Virus record (IMG/VR): IMGVR_UViG_3300022555_000017
Span: 1-64,000 of that record
Strand: one strand, 5' to 3'
From: a virus
Lineage: Duplodnaviria > Heunggongvirae > Uroviricota > Caudoviricetes
Length of the DNA stretch: 64,000 nt
The notes under the pieces were generated by a model. That model was not told where the DNA came from. It searched no databases and saw only the letters and a program-made list of their open reading frames with translations. Positions 37,483 to 47,887 of this stretch are shown here, piece by piece (within the stretch, counting starts at the first letter, position 1; each line of letters starts with the position of its first letter). Both the position numbers and the translations under genes were made by a program.

Positions 37483-37891
37483 AGAATCATTAGATGATGA
37501 TATAATATTAAAAATACCTAAAATACATTTAATTAAGTTAAACTTTAGAGAACCCACCAAAGAAAAAATAGAAGATGCCATACAGTTATTTTATAATACC
37601 AATAGATTTGTAATAGCTAATAACACGAAAATATATAACGATACATTTAAGAATACGATTAAAAAATATTATGTTGAAAACCAACCAGACCAGAAATTGG
37701 TATCATTCTTTCGCAAAAATAATAAGGTTCTTTTAAACTTCAGTAATGTAAATGAAATTGAATTTAAATTTTTAATTTATTCACTTCTTGATGTATTAAA
37801 AAATGTTGAAGTGGTTCAAATGCCTAAAAAAGTATATCTGCAAAATATCCAATACTTTGAAAATTGGAATGGGAATGTGATAATAAATTAA
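37433..37891 (+). CDS. Hypothetical protein (152 aa)
   Basis: ORF overlapping the end of the primase gene. Confidence 0.4.
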   Translation: MIMKLTQKGTDYIEINEESLDDDIILKIPKIHLIKLNFREPTKEKIEDAIQLFYNTNRFVIANNTKIYNDTFKNTIKKYYVENQPDQKLVSFFRKNNKVLLNFSNVNEIEFKFLIYSLLDVLKNVEVVQMPKKVYLQNIQYFENWNGNVIIN

Positions 37892-38728
37892 ATGAAAATT
37901 CTTGCATTAGGCCCATATATGGGAAATTGGGAAAATGAAATTTGTAATTTTTATCCATACGCTAAATGGTTATGTGAAATTGTAAAATATGATGATGTTT
38001 TTATAGCTACACATTCTAACAGAGTATTTTTATATGATTGGATTAAAAAGAATAATCACTTAAATGTTTTTGAGAATCTAAGTCGTGACGAATTTTCACA
38101 GGTTGGTGCGACGCATAAGAATATATCACAGGAAGATTATACACTTATTTATAAGAAGTTTAAAAATGATGTATCAAGGTATTCAGTAAGTGGCAAGAAA
38201 AATATAGAGGTGTATAACATTCAATATACACCTCAAAATGTATTTTATCCATATCATAATAAGATATATGCTAAAATACAAATTGATTATGAAGAAAATA
38301 AAGAAAATATTGTTTATATACCAGACATTAAAGAAGATAAGAAAATTATAAACGAAATATATAATCAATTAATAAAGAAGTATAAAAATGTTGTTGTAGT
38401 AGGTGATATGAAAACGCATTTAAGCGACCATAATATTATATTAAAACATAGTGATTATTTTCAAAATGGCTATAAGTATATATTAAAAGAAATGATGAAT
38501 GCTAAGGCTGTAATATGCCCATTGGGCCATTGGTCTTTATTATGTAATATTCAAAAGATACCAGTATTTTCTTGGGGTATTCCTTCTGGCTTATATGGTG
38601 GATCAATGTATAACTTAGAGAATAGAAACTGTAAAAACTATAGATATGATATAAGTATGACGCCAGAAAAATTAGTTAGAATGTTTGATTTTTTCTTGGA
38701 AAATATAAAAATTAGGAAGGAGAAGTAA
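37892..38728 (+). CDS. Hypothetical protein (278 aa)
   Basis: ORF. Confidence 0.45.
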   Translation: MKILALGPYMGNWENEICNFYPYAKWLCEIVKYDDVFIATHSNRVFLYDWIKKNNHLNVFENLSRDEFSQVGATHKNISQEDYTLIYKKFKNDVSRYSVSGKKNIEVYNIQYTPQNVFYPYHNKIYAKIQIDYEENKENIVYIPDIKEDKKIINEIYNQLIKKYKNVVVVGDMKTHLSDHNIILKHSDYFQNGYKYILKEMMNAKAVICPLGHWSLLCNIQKIPVFSWGIPSGLYGGSMYNLENRNCKNYRYDISMTPEKLVRMFDFFLENIKIRKEK

Positions 38729-38729
38729 G

Positions 38730-38990
38730 ATGCCTTTATTTGATTACGAATGCCCAAAATGTGGTAATAAGTGTGAACTGTTTATTAATTTAAGTGAAAT
38801 AAATGATGTTGTTCTATGTGCTGAATGTGATGTTGAAATGACACAAAAATTTCCTGATACGATGTCGTTTGAACTTAAATATAATCCTAAGAAAGATAAA
38901 GTTGGTTGGTCTTACGATGGTTATAGTACAACACAAAGATATAGAGAAACTGATAAAATGGCAAAACATAATATATTTCCTATGAGTTAA
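38730..38990 (+). CDS. FmdB-type zinc-ribbon protein
   Basis: MPLFDYECPKCGN...CAECD. Confidence 0.5.
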   Translation: MPLFDYECPKCGNKCELFINLSEINDVVLCAECDVEMTQKFPDTMSFELKYNPKKDKVGWSYDGYSTTQRYRETDKMAKHNIFPMS

Positions 38991-39000
38991 AGAGGTAACA

Positions 39001-39972
39001 ATGAAAAAAATATTTGAAAGTGCCACATTTTCAACTGGAATGGAAGGTGCTATAACTTTAGCTTGGAATGGTGAAGATTTAGGTAAGTATGAAAAGCAGA
39101 AAGAACTTGCCATAAAAACTGTAGAATACTTAAAAGATAAGGGCTTAAAGGGGAAAGCTGAACATTTAACTAGTTATTACCCAACAACAGATTATTGGAA
39201 AGATATATTGAAAGGCTCTAAAACATCATCATCAAAAACAGATATAAAAATAGGAGATGCTAGAATTTCATTAAAAGTCGGCTCAGCTCAACTTATGTCT
39301 GGTGGTAAACAAGAATCAAACGCAACATTATATGCTGTAGCAAGTAAATTAAAACACAAAGAAGCTGTAGATAAAATATCAAATATTATCAATAATTTTG
39401 TTAAAGGTATAGCTGAAGATACAATAGGAAAAGCTAGAAAATATGATGACCTAATTAAAAAAGGTGATGACATACATAAACAGTTAAACGAAGCATTGAC
39501 AAATTTATTTAATAGTGATAATAGTTTTAAGATTGCTTTTTTAAAAGAATCTGTAAGTGGTCAAATAAAATTTGGTGAAGATAATATTGCTTGTGCTAAT
39601 TATATATTATCACTTAAAGATAAACAACCATATTTAAAGTATATTAATGATTCAACTATAAAAAGTATAGCTAGTCGTGTTAGAATAAATACATCCTATA
39701 AAACTGATAGTATGAGAGGAAAAAATATAGGTAAATATAGTTATAGATCAGTTTTAGGAATTTTAGTGGATAAAATTACTGAAGAACTTGAACATACAGA
39801 CCTTAACACATTAAATGAAAGTATGTTAAGTGATTTCTGGCAGAAGATAAAAGACTTTGTTAGTGACCTAATGGGTAAAATAAAAGAATACCTTTCAACA
39901 AGTATAGAAAATGTTTTTAGTTTTTTAGAAATAGAGCCTGTTGTTGAAATGGAGGGAGAGATTGAACTATGA
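39001..39972 (+). CDS. Hypothetical protein (323 aa)
   Basis: ORF. Confidence 0.45.
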   Translation: MKKIFESATFSTGMEGAITLAWNGEDLGKYEKQKELAIKTVEYLKDKGLKGKAEHLTSYYPTTDYWKDILKGSKTSSSKTDIKIGDARISLKVGSAQLMSGGKQESNATLYAVASKLKHKEAVDKISNIINNFVKGIAEDTIGKARKYDDLIKKGDDIHKQLNEALTNLFNSDNSFKIAFLKESVSGQIKFGEDNIACANYILSLKDKQPYLKYINDSTIKSIASRVRINTSYKTDSMRGKNIGKYSYRSVLGILVDKITEELEHTDLNTLNESMLSDFWQKIKDFVSDLMGKIKEYLSTSIENVFSFLEIEPVVEMEGEIEL

Positions 39973-40613
39973 GTATAAATGTTTTAGTACCGATGGACAA
40001 TGAAAAAATTATAGCAAAAATAGAAAGTCAGTTAGAAACGGATGATACTTTAACAGTATTTAATTTACCTGCATATCCTGCTAGAATTATAGATTCCCTT
40101 TTCTCAAAAACAAAAAATGATAGAATATTATTTATTAGCCCATTTACTTTTGTTATTGCTGATAATTTTATAGAAATGTTTAGAAAAAATGATTTACCTT
40201 TTAATATGTATTTAAGAACATGGGGTGAAGAAATAAATGATTTTGTAAAAGGATCAAAAGGAGATTTCAAATTTAGTGATTCCATATGCTTTTATAAAAA
40301 TAAATATCTGAGAAATTTAACCGATTATTCTAATACTTTATGTTTTGATGATATAATGAAATTATTTATCAAAACATCACATCTAAATATTTATGTACCT
40401 GATACAAGAATAGAAACTTGTAAGGTGATTGAAAAACTTGAAGAGCTTGATGCGATTGATGAAACTAAAGAAATAGTACCTGAAGTGGTAGTTGATGAAC
40501 CTGTACTTAAAAAATCTACGGCTAAAGCTAAAAAGGCATCTGTTAAAACAACTGAAAAGAAAACTGAAGAAGTTAATGTAAAGGAGTGCAATTCTAATAG
40601 CTGGATGGACTAA
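39969..40613 (+). CDS. Hypothetical protein (214 aa) with a K/T/E-rich C-terminal tail
   Basis: ORF; ATGA coupling to the upstream gene. Confidence 0.45.
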   Translation: MSINVLVPMDNEKIIAKIESQLETDDTLTVFNLPAYPARIIDSLFSKTKNDRILFISPFTFVIADNFIEMFRKNDLPFNMYLRTWGEEINDFVKGSKGDFKFSDSICFYKNKYLRNLTDYSNTLCFDDIMKLFIKTSHLNIYVPDTRIETCKVIEKLEELDAIDETKEIVPEVVVDEPVLKKSTAKAKKASVKTTEKKTEEVNVKECNSNSWMD

Positions 40614-41341
40614 TGAAAATTGTTATTTTTTCTTGTGGTTATAACTGTTCTAAATATGTTAAAAATCATTTAGATTCTGTAAAAAATCAGACATTTAAAG
40701 ATTATGTACACATTCTCGTAGATGATTGCTCTGTTGATGGGACATTGGATATAATTTGTCAAAATAGAGACAATAATATGTTTATTCATCGTACAGGTAA
40801 AAATCAAAAATGGATTCAAAATGCAATAAATTTTCTTTCAGTATCAGATGATGATATTGTTATTATATTAGACATGGATGATTGGCTTGCTGATATTCAT
40901 GTCTTTGAAGATATTATAAAAGCATATGAAGAAACAAATTGCTGGATGACATACAGTAAATTCTATTATACATCCAAAAAATCAACATCAGATTGGATAC
41001 CACCATATTCAGAACAAACGCTAAAAGATTCATCATTTAGAAAAAGTATATGGTCATTCACGCATCTCAGAACCTTTAAAGGATTTCTCTGGAATAAACT
41101 CAACAAAGAAGATTTAAAAGATAAAAATGGTAAATATTTCAAGTATGCTTATGACCAAGCTATATTCTTTCCTATGCTTGAAATGTCATCACCAGATAAA
41201 ATCCAAAGAATAGATAAAGTTCAGTATATATACAATGATAACAATCCTTTACAAGTAGAAAAGTTGAATCGTAAAGAGCAAGAAGAAATAGCAAAATGTG
41301 TAAGATCAAAAAAACCATATCAAAGGCTTATAAATGGATAG
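40613..41341 (+). CDS. GT2-family glycosyltransferase
   Basis: IVIFSCGYNCSKYVKNHLDSVKNQTFKDYVHILVDDCSVDGT is a canonical GT-A/GT2 N-terminus. Confidence 0.7.
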   Translation: MKIVIFSCGYNCSKYVKNHLDSVKNQTFKDYVHILVDDCSVDGTLDIICQNRDNNMFIHRTGKNQKWIQNAINFLSVSDDDIVIILDMDDWLADIHVFEDIIKAYEETNCWMTYSKFYYTSKKSTSDWIPPYSEQTLKDSSFRKSIWSFTHLRTFKGFLWNKLNKEDLKDKNGKYFKYAYDQAIFFPMLEMSSPDKIQRIDKVQYIYNDNNPLQVEKLNRKEQEEIAKCVRSKKPYQRLING

Positions 41342-42830
41342 AAGAATATTAATAATAAGTAATCTTTATAACTGTGAAAAGTATGTAGAAAAGCATATAA
41401 AAAGTATATTAAAACAATCATATAGTAACTGGAATCTAATTTTAATAAATGATGGCTGTACTGATAATACTGATAGAGCTGTAAGAAACTATATGCCAAA
41501 ACTTCCTAAAATAGAATATGTTGTTAATGAATCTCAAAAGGGAATGGCATTAAATGTCTATAAAAATGTACTTAAATATACATCTGATGAAAATACTGAT
41601 GATATAATTTATATAATGAATGGTGCTGATTGGCTACCGCATGAGAATGTTTTCAAGCAACTAAATGAACTATATGAAAAGGGTTGTTTAGCAACTTGTG
41701 GCGGATCAATGCTAAGCAATAAAAAAAGATATTTCTATAACTATTTCTATGACGATATTATTAATAAAATGTATAGAAAAGATGGAGAATTTTATAGTCC
41801 TGTAACATTTAACGCAATGTTATTTTATAAATTAAAAACTTATGACTTATTTAAAAATGATTATTCATCAATAGGTTGTTACAAAGAAGCTATTGAATAT
41901 TCCATAATTGATATGGTGCCTAAGGAATCAATATCATTTATTAAAAATGAACCAATATATGTTTTTAATGTTGAATATAATAAAAGAGAAAAATGCGATA
42001 AAGTTGCAAGAGAATATTATAAATCTCTATCATTTAATGAAATAAATGTAGAACATGATAATATAGATGAAGAAGAAATACCTGAAGGTGATAATGTGCA
42101 TTTTATAGTATTCGCATCAGGGTATAATTGTGAAAAATGGATTAATAAACATATTGATAGTATATTGAGCCAGACATATAAAAATTTTACATATATTATT
42201 GTTGATGATCAAACAACAGATGGTACATATAAGAAGATTTGCGAATATAAAGATGAAAGAATAAAAGTATATAGACCACTAGTAAATCAAAAATGGTGTA
42301 AAAATGCGTGGGATTATTTAAGGCCAAATATAGTAAATGATGAAGATGTTGTTGTCGTTGTCGATTTAGATGACTGGCTTTCGCATGATACGGTACTAGA
42401 AAAATTAAATAAAATATACAAAAAAGAACATTGTTGGGTAACTTATGGTAGCCATACAAGAGTTAGTACTGAAAGAGCTAGAACTAATCCTGTATCACAA
42501 ATAATTTTAGATAACAAATTATACAGAAACACAGATTGGGAATACTCACATTTAAAAACATTTAAGGCATTTTTATATTTAAATATAGAAGAAAAAGATT
42601 TTAAATCATCTGATGGTGAATGGTTATTACACACATATGATAAAGCATTAATGTTTCCTATACTTGAAATGTCACCAGCGGATAAGATAAAGCATATAAA
42701 AGAGATATTGTATGTTTATAATAATGAAAATCCGCTAAATGTAGGTAAAGTAAACAGAAAAGATGGTAAAAAAACATATGGTGTATGGTTAAGAGAGCAG
42801 CCAGTATATCCAGAACTAGTGAGGGAATAA
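41334..42830 (+). CDS. Tandem double GT2-family glycosyltransferase (two GT-A domains, 498 aa)
   Basis: ILIISNLYNCEKYVEKHIKSILKQSYSNWNLILINDGCTDNT and HFIVFASGYNCEKWINKHIDSILSQTYKNFTYIIVDDQTTDGT. Confidence 0.7.
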   Translation: MDRRILIISNLYNCEKYVEKHIKSILKQSYSNWNLILINDGCTDNTDRAVRNYMPKLPKIEYVVNESQKGMALNVYKNVLKYTSDENTDDIIYIMNGADWLPHENVFKQLNELYEKGCLATCGGSMLSNKKRYFYNYFYDDIINKMYRKDGEFYSPVTFNAMLFYKLKTYDLFKNDYSSIGCYKEAIEYSIIDMVPKESISFIKNEPIYVFNVEYNKREKCDKVAREYYKSLSFNEINVEHDNIDEEEIPEGDNVHFIVFASGYNCEKWINKHIDSILSQTYKNFTYIIVDDQTTDGTYKKICEYKDERIKVYRPLVNQKWCKNAWDYLRPNIVNDEDVVVVVDLDDWLSHDTVLEKLNKIYKKEHCWVTYGSHTRVSTERARTNPVSQIILDNKLYRNTDWEYSHLKTFKAFLYLNIEEKDFKSSDGEWLLHTYDKALMFPILEMSPADKIKHIKEILYVYNNENPLNVGKVNRKDGKKTYGVWLREQPVYPELVRE

Positions 42831-43768
42831 TGAATATACTTGTTGATGGTGGCGAAGGTCATGTTTTAACTCAAAGAATAACGCCATATTTAAATAAAAT
42901 TGGGCATTCTATTGTTAAATATCCCTCTAACTATGATATACATTTAGCTTTCGTTAGATTTTCATACAATTCTAATGTGCCTAGAATAGTTAGGATTGAT
43001 GGTATATATTACGATACAGATATAAATTATAATAATAGAAATTCTGGTATAAGTATGTCGCATTCATCAGCAAAAGGTATTATTTATCAAAGTGACTTTT
43101 CAAGAATGATGTGCGAAAGATATTTGAGCCCTCGTAAAAAAGATACTATATATTCTATAATTCATAATGGTATTGATCCAATGTGGTGCGGGGAATCAGT
43201 AGAACATAAAGCATTTAATATAGTTGTATCTGCAAAATGGAGGCGTCATAAAAGATTATTAGAAACAATTAATATATTTTTAAAATTTAATAAAATCATA
43301 CCAAATTCTAATCTTCTTATATTGGGTAAATTACATGACAATAAAGAAATTAAACATTCCAACATAAAATACTTTGGTCATTTAGATTATATTCAAATGA
43401 AAGATGTATTCAAATATTCTGATGTATCTATGCACTTATCTAAAAAAGATTCATGCCCAAATACCGTTGTTGAAACAATTGGCGCTGGAATACCAACAAT
43501 AACAACAAATTCATGTGGCGGTGCAGTTGAAATGTGTAAACTAACTGAAGGTTGTATTATTGTAGATGGCGATGGTTCATATTTAGATACTGATCCATGT
43601 AGACCATATAGTGATGAATATAATAAACTATCAAAGGAGGTAGAAGATAATTTAATTGAGGCATTATTAAAAATAGAAAAGGATAAACGACGAGTTATAG
43701 TACCAGAACAATTAACAGCTGAATACACAGCAAATAAATATGTCGAGCTTATAAAAAGTTGTATGTAA
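42830..43768 (+). CDS. GT-B fold (GT4-like) glycosyltransferase (ORF opens at 42785)
   Basis: SCPNTVVETIGAGIPTITTNS resembles the GT4 E..(A)G.P(V/T)I signature. Confidence 0.5.
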   Translation: MNILVDGGEGHVLTQRITPYLNKIGHSIVKYPSNYDIHLAFVRFSYNSNVPRIVRIDGIYYDTDINYNNRNSGISMSHSSAKGIIYQSDFSRMMCERYLSPRKKDTIYSIIHNGIDPMWCGESVEHKAFNIVVSAKWRRHKRLLETINIFLKFNKIIPNSNLLILGKLHDNKEIKHSNIKYFGHLDYIQMKDVFKYSDVSMHLSKKDSCPNTVVETIGAGIPTITTNSCGGAVEMCKLTEGCIIVDGDGSYLDTDPCRPYSDEYNKLSKEVEDNLIEALLKIEKDKRRVIVPEQLTAEYTANKYVELIKSCM

Positions 43769-43827
43769 AAAACATATTGACAATTAACCTCAGATATGTT
43801 AGAATAATACATTAAAGGAGGTACTTA

Positions 43828-44334
43828 TTGATCTACTTCGCATCAGATTACCATTTCAATCACTCGCAAATTATAGATTATTGTAAAAGACCATTTAAAG
43901 ATGTAGAAGAAATGAACAATACAATAATAGAAAATCATAATAGAATCGTTAAAGATGATGATATAGTAGTCTTTTTAGGAGATTTTTGTTTTAAAGATGG
44001 TATTGAATACCTAAGTAAAATGAAAGGTCATTTTCAACTAATAAAAGGAAATCACGATAGAAGAAATGGTTTACCTTGTTTGTTTAAAAAAGCAATATTC
44101 ACACAGTACAATTATAAAATAATGGTAGCACATGATCCAGACACAGTATTTCCTGGCTTTGATTTATATTTTGTAGGCCATGTTCACGACCATTGGAAGT
44201 TTAAAAGAGTTATAAGAGATAAAAAGAAAATGGATATGATAAATGTATCAGTAGATGTATGGGATTTTAAGCCAGTATCTATTGATCAACTTGTTAATTT
44301 TTATAGAGAATGTAAAACGAATGGGAGAAAATAA
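43828..44334 (+). CDS. Calcineurin-like metallophosphoesterase (TTG start)
   Basis: DYHFNH, GDFCF, GNHD and GHVHDHW metal-binding motifs; aaaggagg RBS. Confidence 0.65.
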   Translation: MIYFASDYHFNHSQIIDYCKRPFKDVEEMNNTIIENHNRIVKDDDIVVFLGDFCFKDGIEYLSKMKGHFQLIKGNHDRRNGLPCLFKKAIFTQYNYKIMVAHDPDTVFPGFDLYFVGHVHDHWKFKRVIRDKKKMDMINVSVDVWDFKPVSIDQLVNFYRECKTNGRK

Positions 44335-44335
44335 T

Positions 44336-44710
44336 ATGATAGAAGAAATTGTTGATGATGTAGAAATTGTTTTGGGCACTGTAATTGATTTAAAAGGATT
44401 TTCTTTGGGATTTATAAAGAACATTCAAGAGGCATTAAAAGTCAATTCATCCTTTCAGGATTTCCAAGACGATTTTGATAAGGGAATGTATACGGATGAA
44501 ATGGAAGCATACCTTAATGACAATACTAGTGAGTTTAAAGTATGTTATGATGATATAAATGAATCGTTTATATTTTACATTCCCATGAACTCAGAAGATA
44601 TTGAAGATAAAACTATCAGAGAACTAAAAGAAAAATTGATTGGTGATATGGAAATATTTACTTTATTTATATCATATGATGATGTAGATATTTTTGCACT
44701 AGAGGATTAA
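44336..44710 (+). CDS. Hypothetical acidic protein (124 aa)
   Basis: gggag RBS before the ATG at 44336. Confidence 0.4.
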   Translation: MIEEIVDDVEIVLGTVIDLKGFSLGFIKNIQEALKVNSSFQDFQDDFDKGMYTDEMEAYLNDNTSEFKVCYDDINESFIFYIPMNSEDIEDKTIRELKEKLIGDMEIFTLFISYDDVDIFALED

Positions 44711-44711
44711 C

Positions 44712-45677
44712 ATGGATAGATTTATATGGAAAAATGGTGAGATTCTACCTGAATATGAAGCAACAGTGAGTATATATGATTCTGCAATGATGCTTGGCGA
44801 TACAATTTTTACTATGCTCAGAACATTCAATAAAGAATTATACCTCATTGATGAACACCTTGAAAGATTATTTGATAACTTAAAATACGTTAGAATGTCT
44901 ATACCATATGATAAATATGAAATAAAAAATGCACTATATGATGTAATGGATGCCAATAAGTTCAATGATGATGATGAACACAGACTGATGATAAACTGCA
45001 CGCGGGGTTTATTATCACTATATCAAGATGTTGAACACTCTAAAGGCCCTAATGTTATAATTGCCGATTTTCCCTTAAAATGGACGGTAGCAGGAATGGG
45101 AAAGCTATTCGATGAAGGTATCAATATGATAACCCCAAATCAAAGGTCTATCCCTTCTCGTTTGCTTGATGCTAAAGTAAAATGTAGATCAAGATTACAT
45201 TACCTAATGGCTAATATTGAAGTATCACAATATGCAGGTGAAAATAACTGGGCATTATTGTTAGACGAAGATGGATTTGTAGCAGAAGGAACCGGTGATA
45301 ACTTCTTTATTGTTAAAGATAAGATTATATATACACCTGAACCTCGTAATATACTTAGAGGTATTACAAGAAAAAGAATAATGAAAATGGCTCATGTAGT
45401 CGAAAAAAATATTGATATATATGATGTAATGACTGCTGATGAAGCGTTTATTTCAGGTACGCCTTTTGTTGTTCTACCAGTAGTATCATTAAATGGTGTT
45501 AAAATAGGAACAGGTAAAACAAAAGACTATACAGAGTTTTGGTATTTATTATCAAAATGGTGCTGCGAATATGGTGTTAATATTAAAGAGCAAATACAAG
45601 AATGGGATAAAAAATATGTAGAACTACAATCAAGAAAAGGTGCTTCACCATATAAATTTAAGGAGAATAAAATATGA
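44712..45677 (+). CDS. Class IV (BCAT/DAAT-type) PLP aminotransferase
   Basis: FIWKNGEI...EHLERL and LLDEDGFVAEGTGDNFFIVKDKIIYTP align to IlvE (IWFNGE...EHMQRL, MLDVNGYISEGAGENLFEVKDGVLFTP). Confidence 0.75.
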   Translation: MDRFIWKNGEILPEYEATVSIYDSAMMLGDTIFTMLRTFNKELYLIDEHLERLFDNLKYVRMSIPYDKYEIKNALYDVMDANKFNDDDEHRLMINCTRGLLSLYQDVEHSKGPNVIIADFPLKWTVAGMGKLFDEGINMITPNQRSIPSRLLDAKVKCRSRLHYLMANIEVSQYAGENNWALLLDEDGFVAEGTGDNFFIVKDKIIYTPEPRNILRGITRKRIMKMAHVVEKNIDIYDVMTADEAFISGTPFVVLPVVSLNGVKIGTGKTKDYTEFWYLLSKWCCEYGVNIKEQIQEWDKKYVELQSRKGASPYKFKENKI

Positions 45678-46333
45678 AAAATATCTCAGTTGTAATACCC
45701 GCAAGAGGCGGAAGTGTAGGAATACCAAATAAGAATATGATGCTGATAAATAATAGACCATTATTAACATATACTATAGAAAAAGCATTAAATCTAAATG
45801 CTGACAATATTTATGTAAGTACAAATGATGAAGATATAAAAAACTATGTCAATAATAATTATAGAAATATTATTATTGATGATAGACCAGATGAACTAGC
45901 AACAAGTGCATCGACAATGGAAGAACTTATATCGTATATGTTAGGAAAATATAACATGGATATATTAATTCTATTACAACCCACATCACCGCAAATTGAT
46001 GCCGAATATATACATAAAGGTGTTCTTGATGTTTTAAGAGGTTATGATTCAGCACTTAGTATCTATAGAACGGATGAAAATGATGTTTTAATGTGGGATT
46101 TGGATACAAAAATACCTTTAAACTATGATCTAAAAAATCGTGGAAATAGACAGGAAAGAAAAGATAAATATGCTGTTGAAACTGGTGGCTTTTATATTAC
46201 TACTAAAGAACAATTTATAACAAGTAATTGTAGAATAGGTGGTAATATTTCATTCATTGAAATCCCATTTTGGCAATCGTTTGAGATAGATGAAATGATA
46301 GATGCTCTAATGATAGCAAAACTAATGAGGTAA
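45674..46333 (+). CDS. Acylneuraminate cytidylyltransferase family (NeuA/PseF-like CMP-nonulosonic acid synthetase)
   Basis: N-terminal ISVVIPARGGSVGIPNKN is the CTP_transf_3 P-loop-like motif. Confidence 0.6.
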   Translation: MKNISVVIPARGGSVGIPNKNMMLINNRPLLTYTIEKALNLNADNIYVSTNDEDIKNYVNNNYRNIIIDDRPDELATSASTMEELISYMLGKYNMDILILLQPTSPQIDAEYIHKGVLDVLRGYDSALSIYRTDENDVLMWDLDTKIPLNYDLKNRGNRQERKDKYAVETGGFYITTKEQFITSNCRIGGNISFIEIPFWQSFEIDEMIDALMIAKLMR

Positions 46334-46336
46334 AAT

Positions 46337-47134
46337 ATGCTAAATGGTCTTGGATATACGAATGTAGAATTAAGCTCAGTATGTAATAAAAGTTGCTGGA
46401 TGTGTGGAAGGCGTAAAAGAGATAAAGAACAACGTGGCGATGAATATGGATTTATGGAATATGAAACTGCTATAAAAATTGCAAATGAAATACCAGCTGG
46501 AACCATGATTCAGTTGCATAATAATGGTGAAGGTCTTATGCATCCAGAATTTGGTAAGATGTTAAAATTATTTAAACATTGTATAACTAATATTGTATCT
46601 AATGGAAAACTTATACTTAAAAAAGCCGATGAAATAATTGATCATCTTGATATACTTACAATTTCTATCATACAAGGTGATGATGGTGAAGAACAAATAG
46701 ATCAATATACTATATTAAAAAAGTTTTTACTATTAAAAGGTGATAAAAAACCTAATGTTATTTTAAGATTTCTTGGTGATTGTGATGAGAGAACTTATAA
46801 TGATTTTAACTTACTTCATGTAAATAGAGTTTTACATATACCTGATGGAAGTAGAAATTATACTAAAACACCTACCATACCAGAACATGGAGTCTGCACA
46901 GACCTCTTAAATCATCTTGCTATTGATCGTCACGGTGATGTGAGTTGCTGTGTTAGATTTGATCCTAATAGAATGCTTGTATTAGGCAATATAATGTATT
47001 CTTCTTTAGATGAATTATGGAATTGCGAAAAAAGATTAAGTATGATTAAAAAACACATAGAGGGCAAACGATCAGAAGTGCCGTATTGCGGTAATCAATG
47101 CGAGTTCTGGGGCATTGCAACTTCGGGAAAATAA
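46337..47134 (+). CDS. Radical SAM protein with a Cys-rich (SPASM-like) C-terminus
   Basis: CNKSCWMC (CxxxCxxC); C-terminal CC...C...C..C cluster. Confidence 0.55.
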   Translation: MLNGLGYTNVELSSVCNKSCWMCGRRKRDKEQRGDEYGFMEYETAIKIANEIPAGTMIQLHNNGEGLMHPEFGKMLKLFKHCITNIVSNGKLILKKADEIIDHLDILTISIIQGDDGEEQIDQYTILKKFLLLKGDKKPNVILRFLGDCDERTYNDFNLLHVNRVLHIPDGSRNYTKTPTIPEHGVCTDLLNHLAIDRHGDVSCCVRFDPNRMLVLGNIMYSSLDELWNCEKRLSMIKKHIEGKRSEVPYCGNQCEFWGIATSGK

Positions 47135-47887
47135 ATGCATTATAAAATGGCAGATTTTGTAAAATTAAAACAAACTGATACAGTATTTTTAATTGGAAGT
47201 GGATCATCACTAAATGAAATAACAGAGGATCAATGGTCTATAATAAATAGTTATGATAATATGGGTGTAAATAATATATTTTATCACCCATTTTTTATAC
47301 CTAAATCACTTCATTTAGAACTTAAAAAATATGATTGGGGTATTGCAAAAGAAAGACTTGAAGAAAAATGGGAATTGGGTTGGAAAAATGTAAATTATAT
47401 TTTCCCAATCGAAAGATATGCATATATATCAGGTGCTATAGGGCATGAAAAAAAGGCTAAAATTTTTACTTATAGATATGAAAGAAGAGGATTTCATCCT
47501 AAAAAACATCCAGATACAAAAATAGATGCAAATTTTAATCCCGATAAAATTTTATATAAATCATATGATACTAGTGTTTCAACTATTATACAAATGTTAT
47601 ATTTAATGGGGTATAAAAATATAATACTTTGGGGTTTAGATATGAGAGATAGTAAATATTTTTGGACTGATATGGAACCTGAAGTTAGAGGATTAGTTCA
47701 TGATTTATGGAACAAACAAAGAGAAGGAAAAGATAAAAATACACCACATAATGCATCTCATTTACAAGATTATATAACAGATTTTAATGATAAATTTATG
47801 AAGCCAAAAAGAAGAGAGATTTTTGTTGGTCATAAATCAACATTATTATATCCAAAACTACAATATATTGATATAGATAAATTATAA
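47135..47887 (+). CDS. DUF115/MptE-like (Maf-like) domain protein, paralog 1
   Basis: VFLIGSGSSL near the N-terminus resembles the GSGPS motif of DUF115/Maf proteins; paralogous to the next gene. Confidence 0.4.
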   Translation: MHYKMADFVKLKQTDTVFLIGSGSSLNEITEDQWSIINSYDNMGVNNIFYHPFFIPKSLHLELKKYDWGIAKERLEEKWELGWKNVNYIFPIERYAYISGAIGHEKKAKIFTYRYERRGFHPKKHPDTKIDANFNPDKILYKSYDTSVSTIIQMLYLMGYKNIILWGLDMRDSKYFWTDMEPEVRGLVHDLWNKQREGKDKNTPHNASHLQDYITDFNDKFMKPKRREIFVGHKSTLLYPKLQYIDIDKL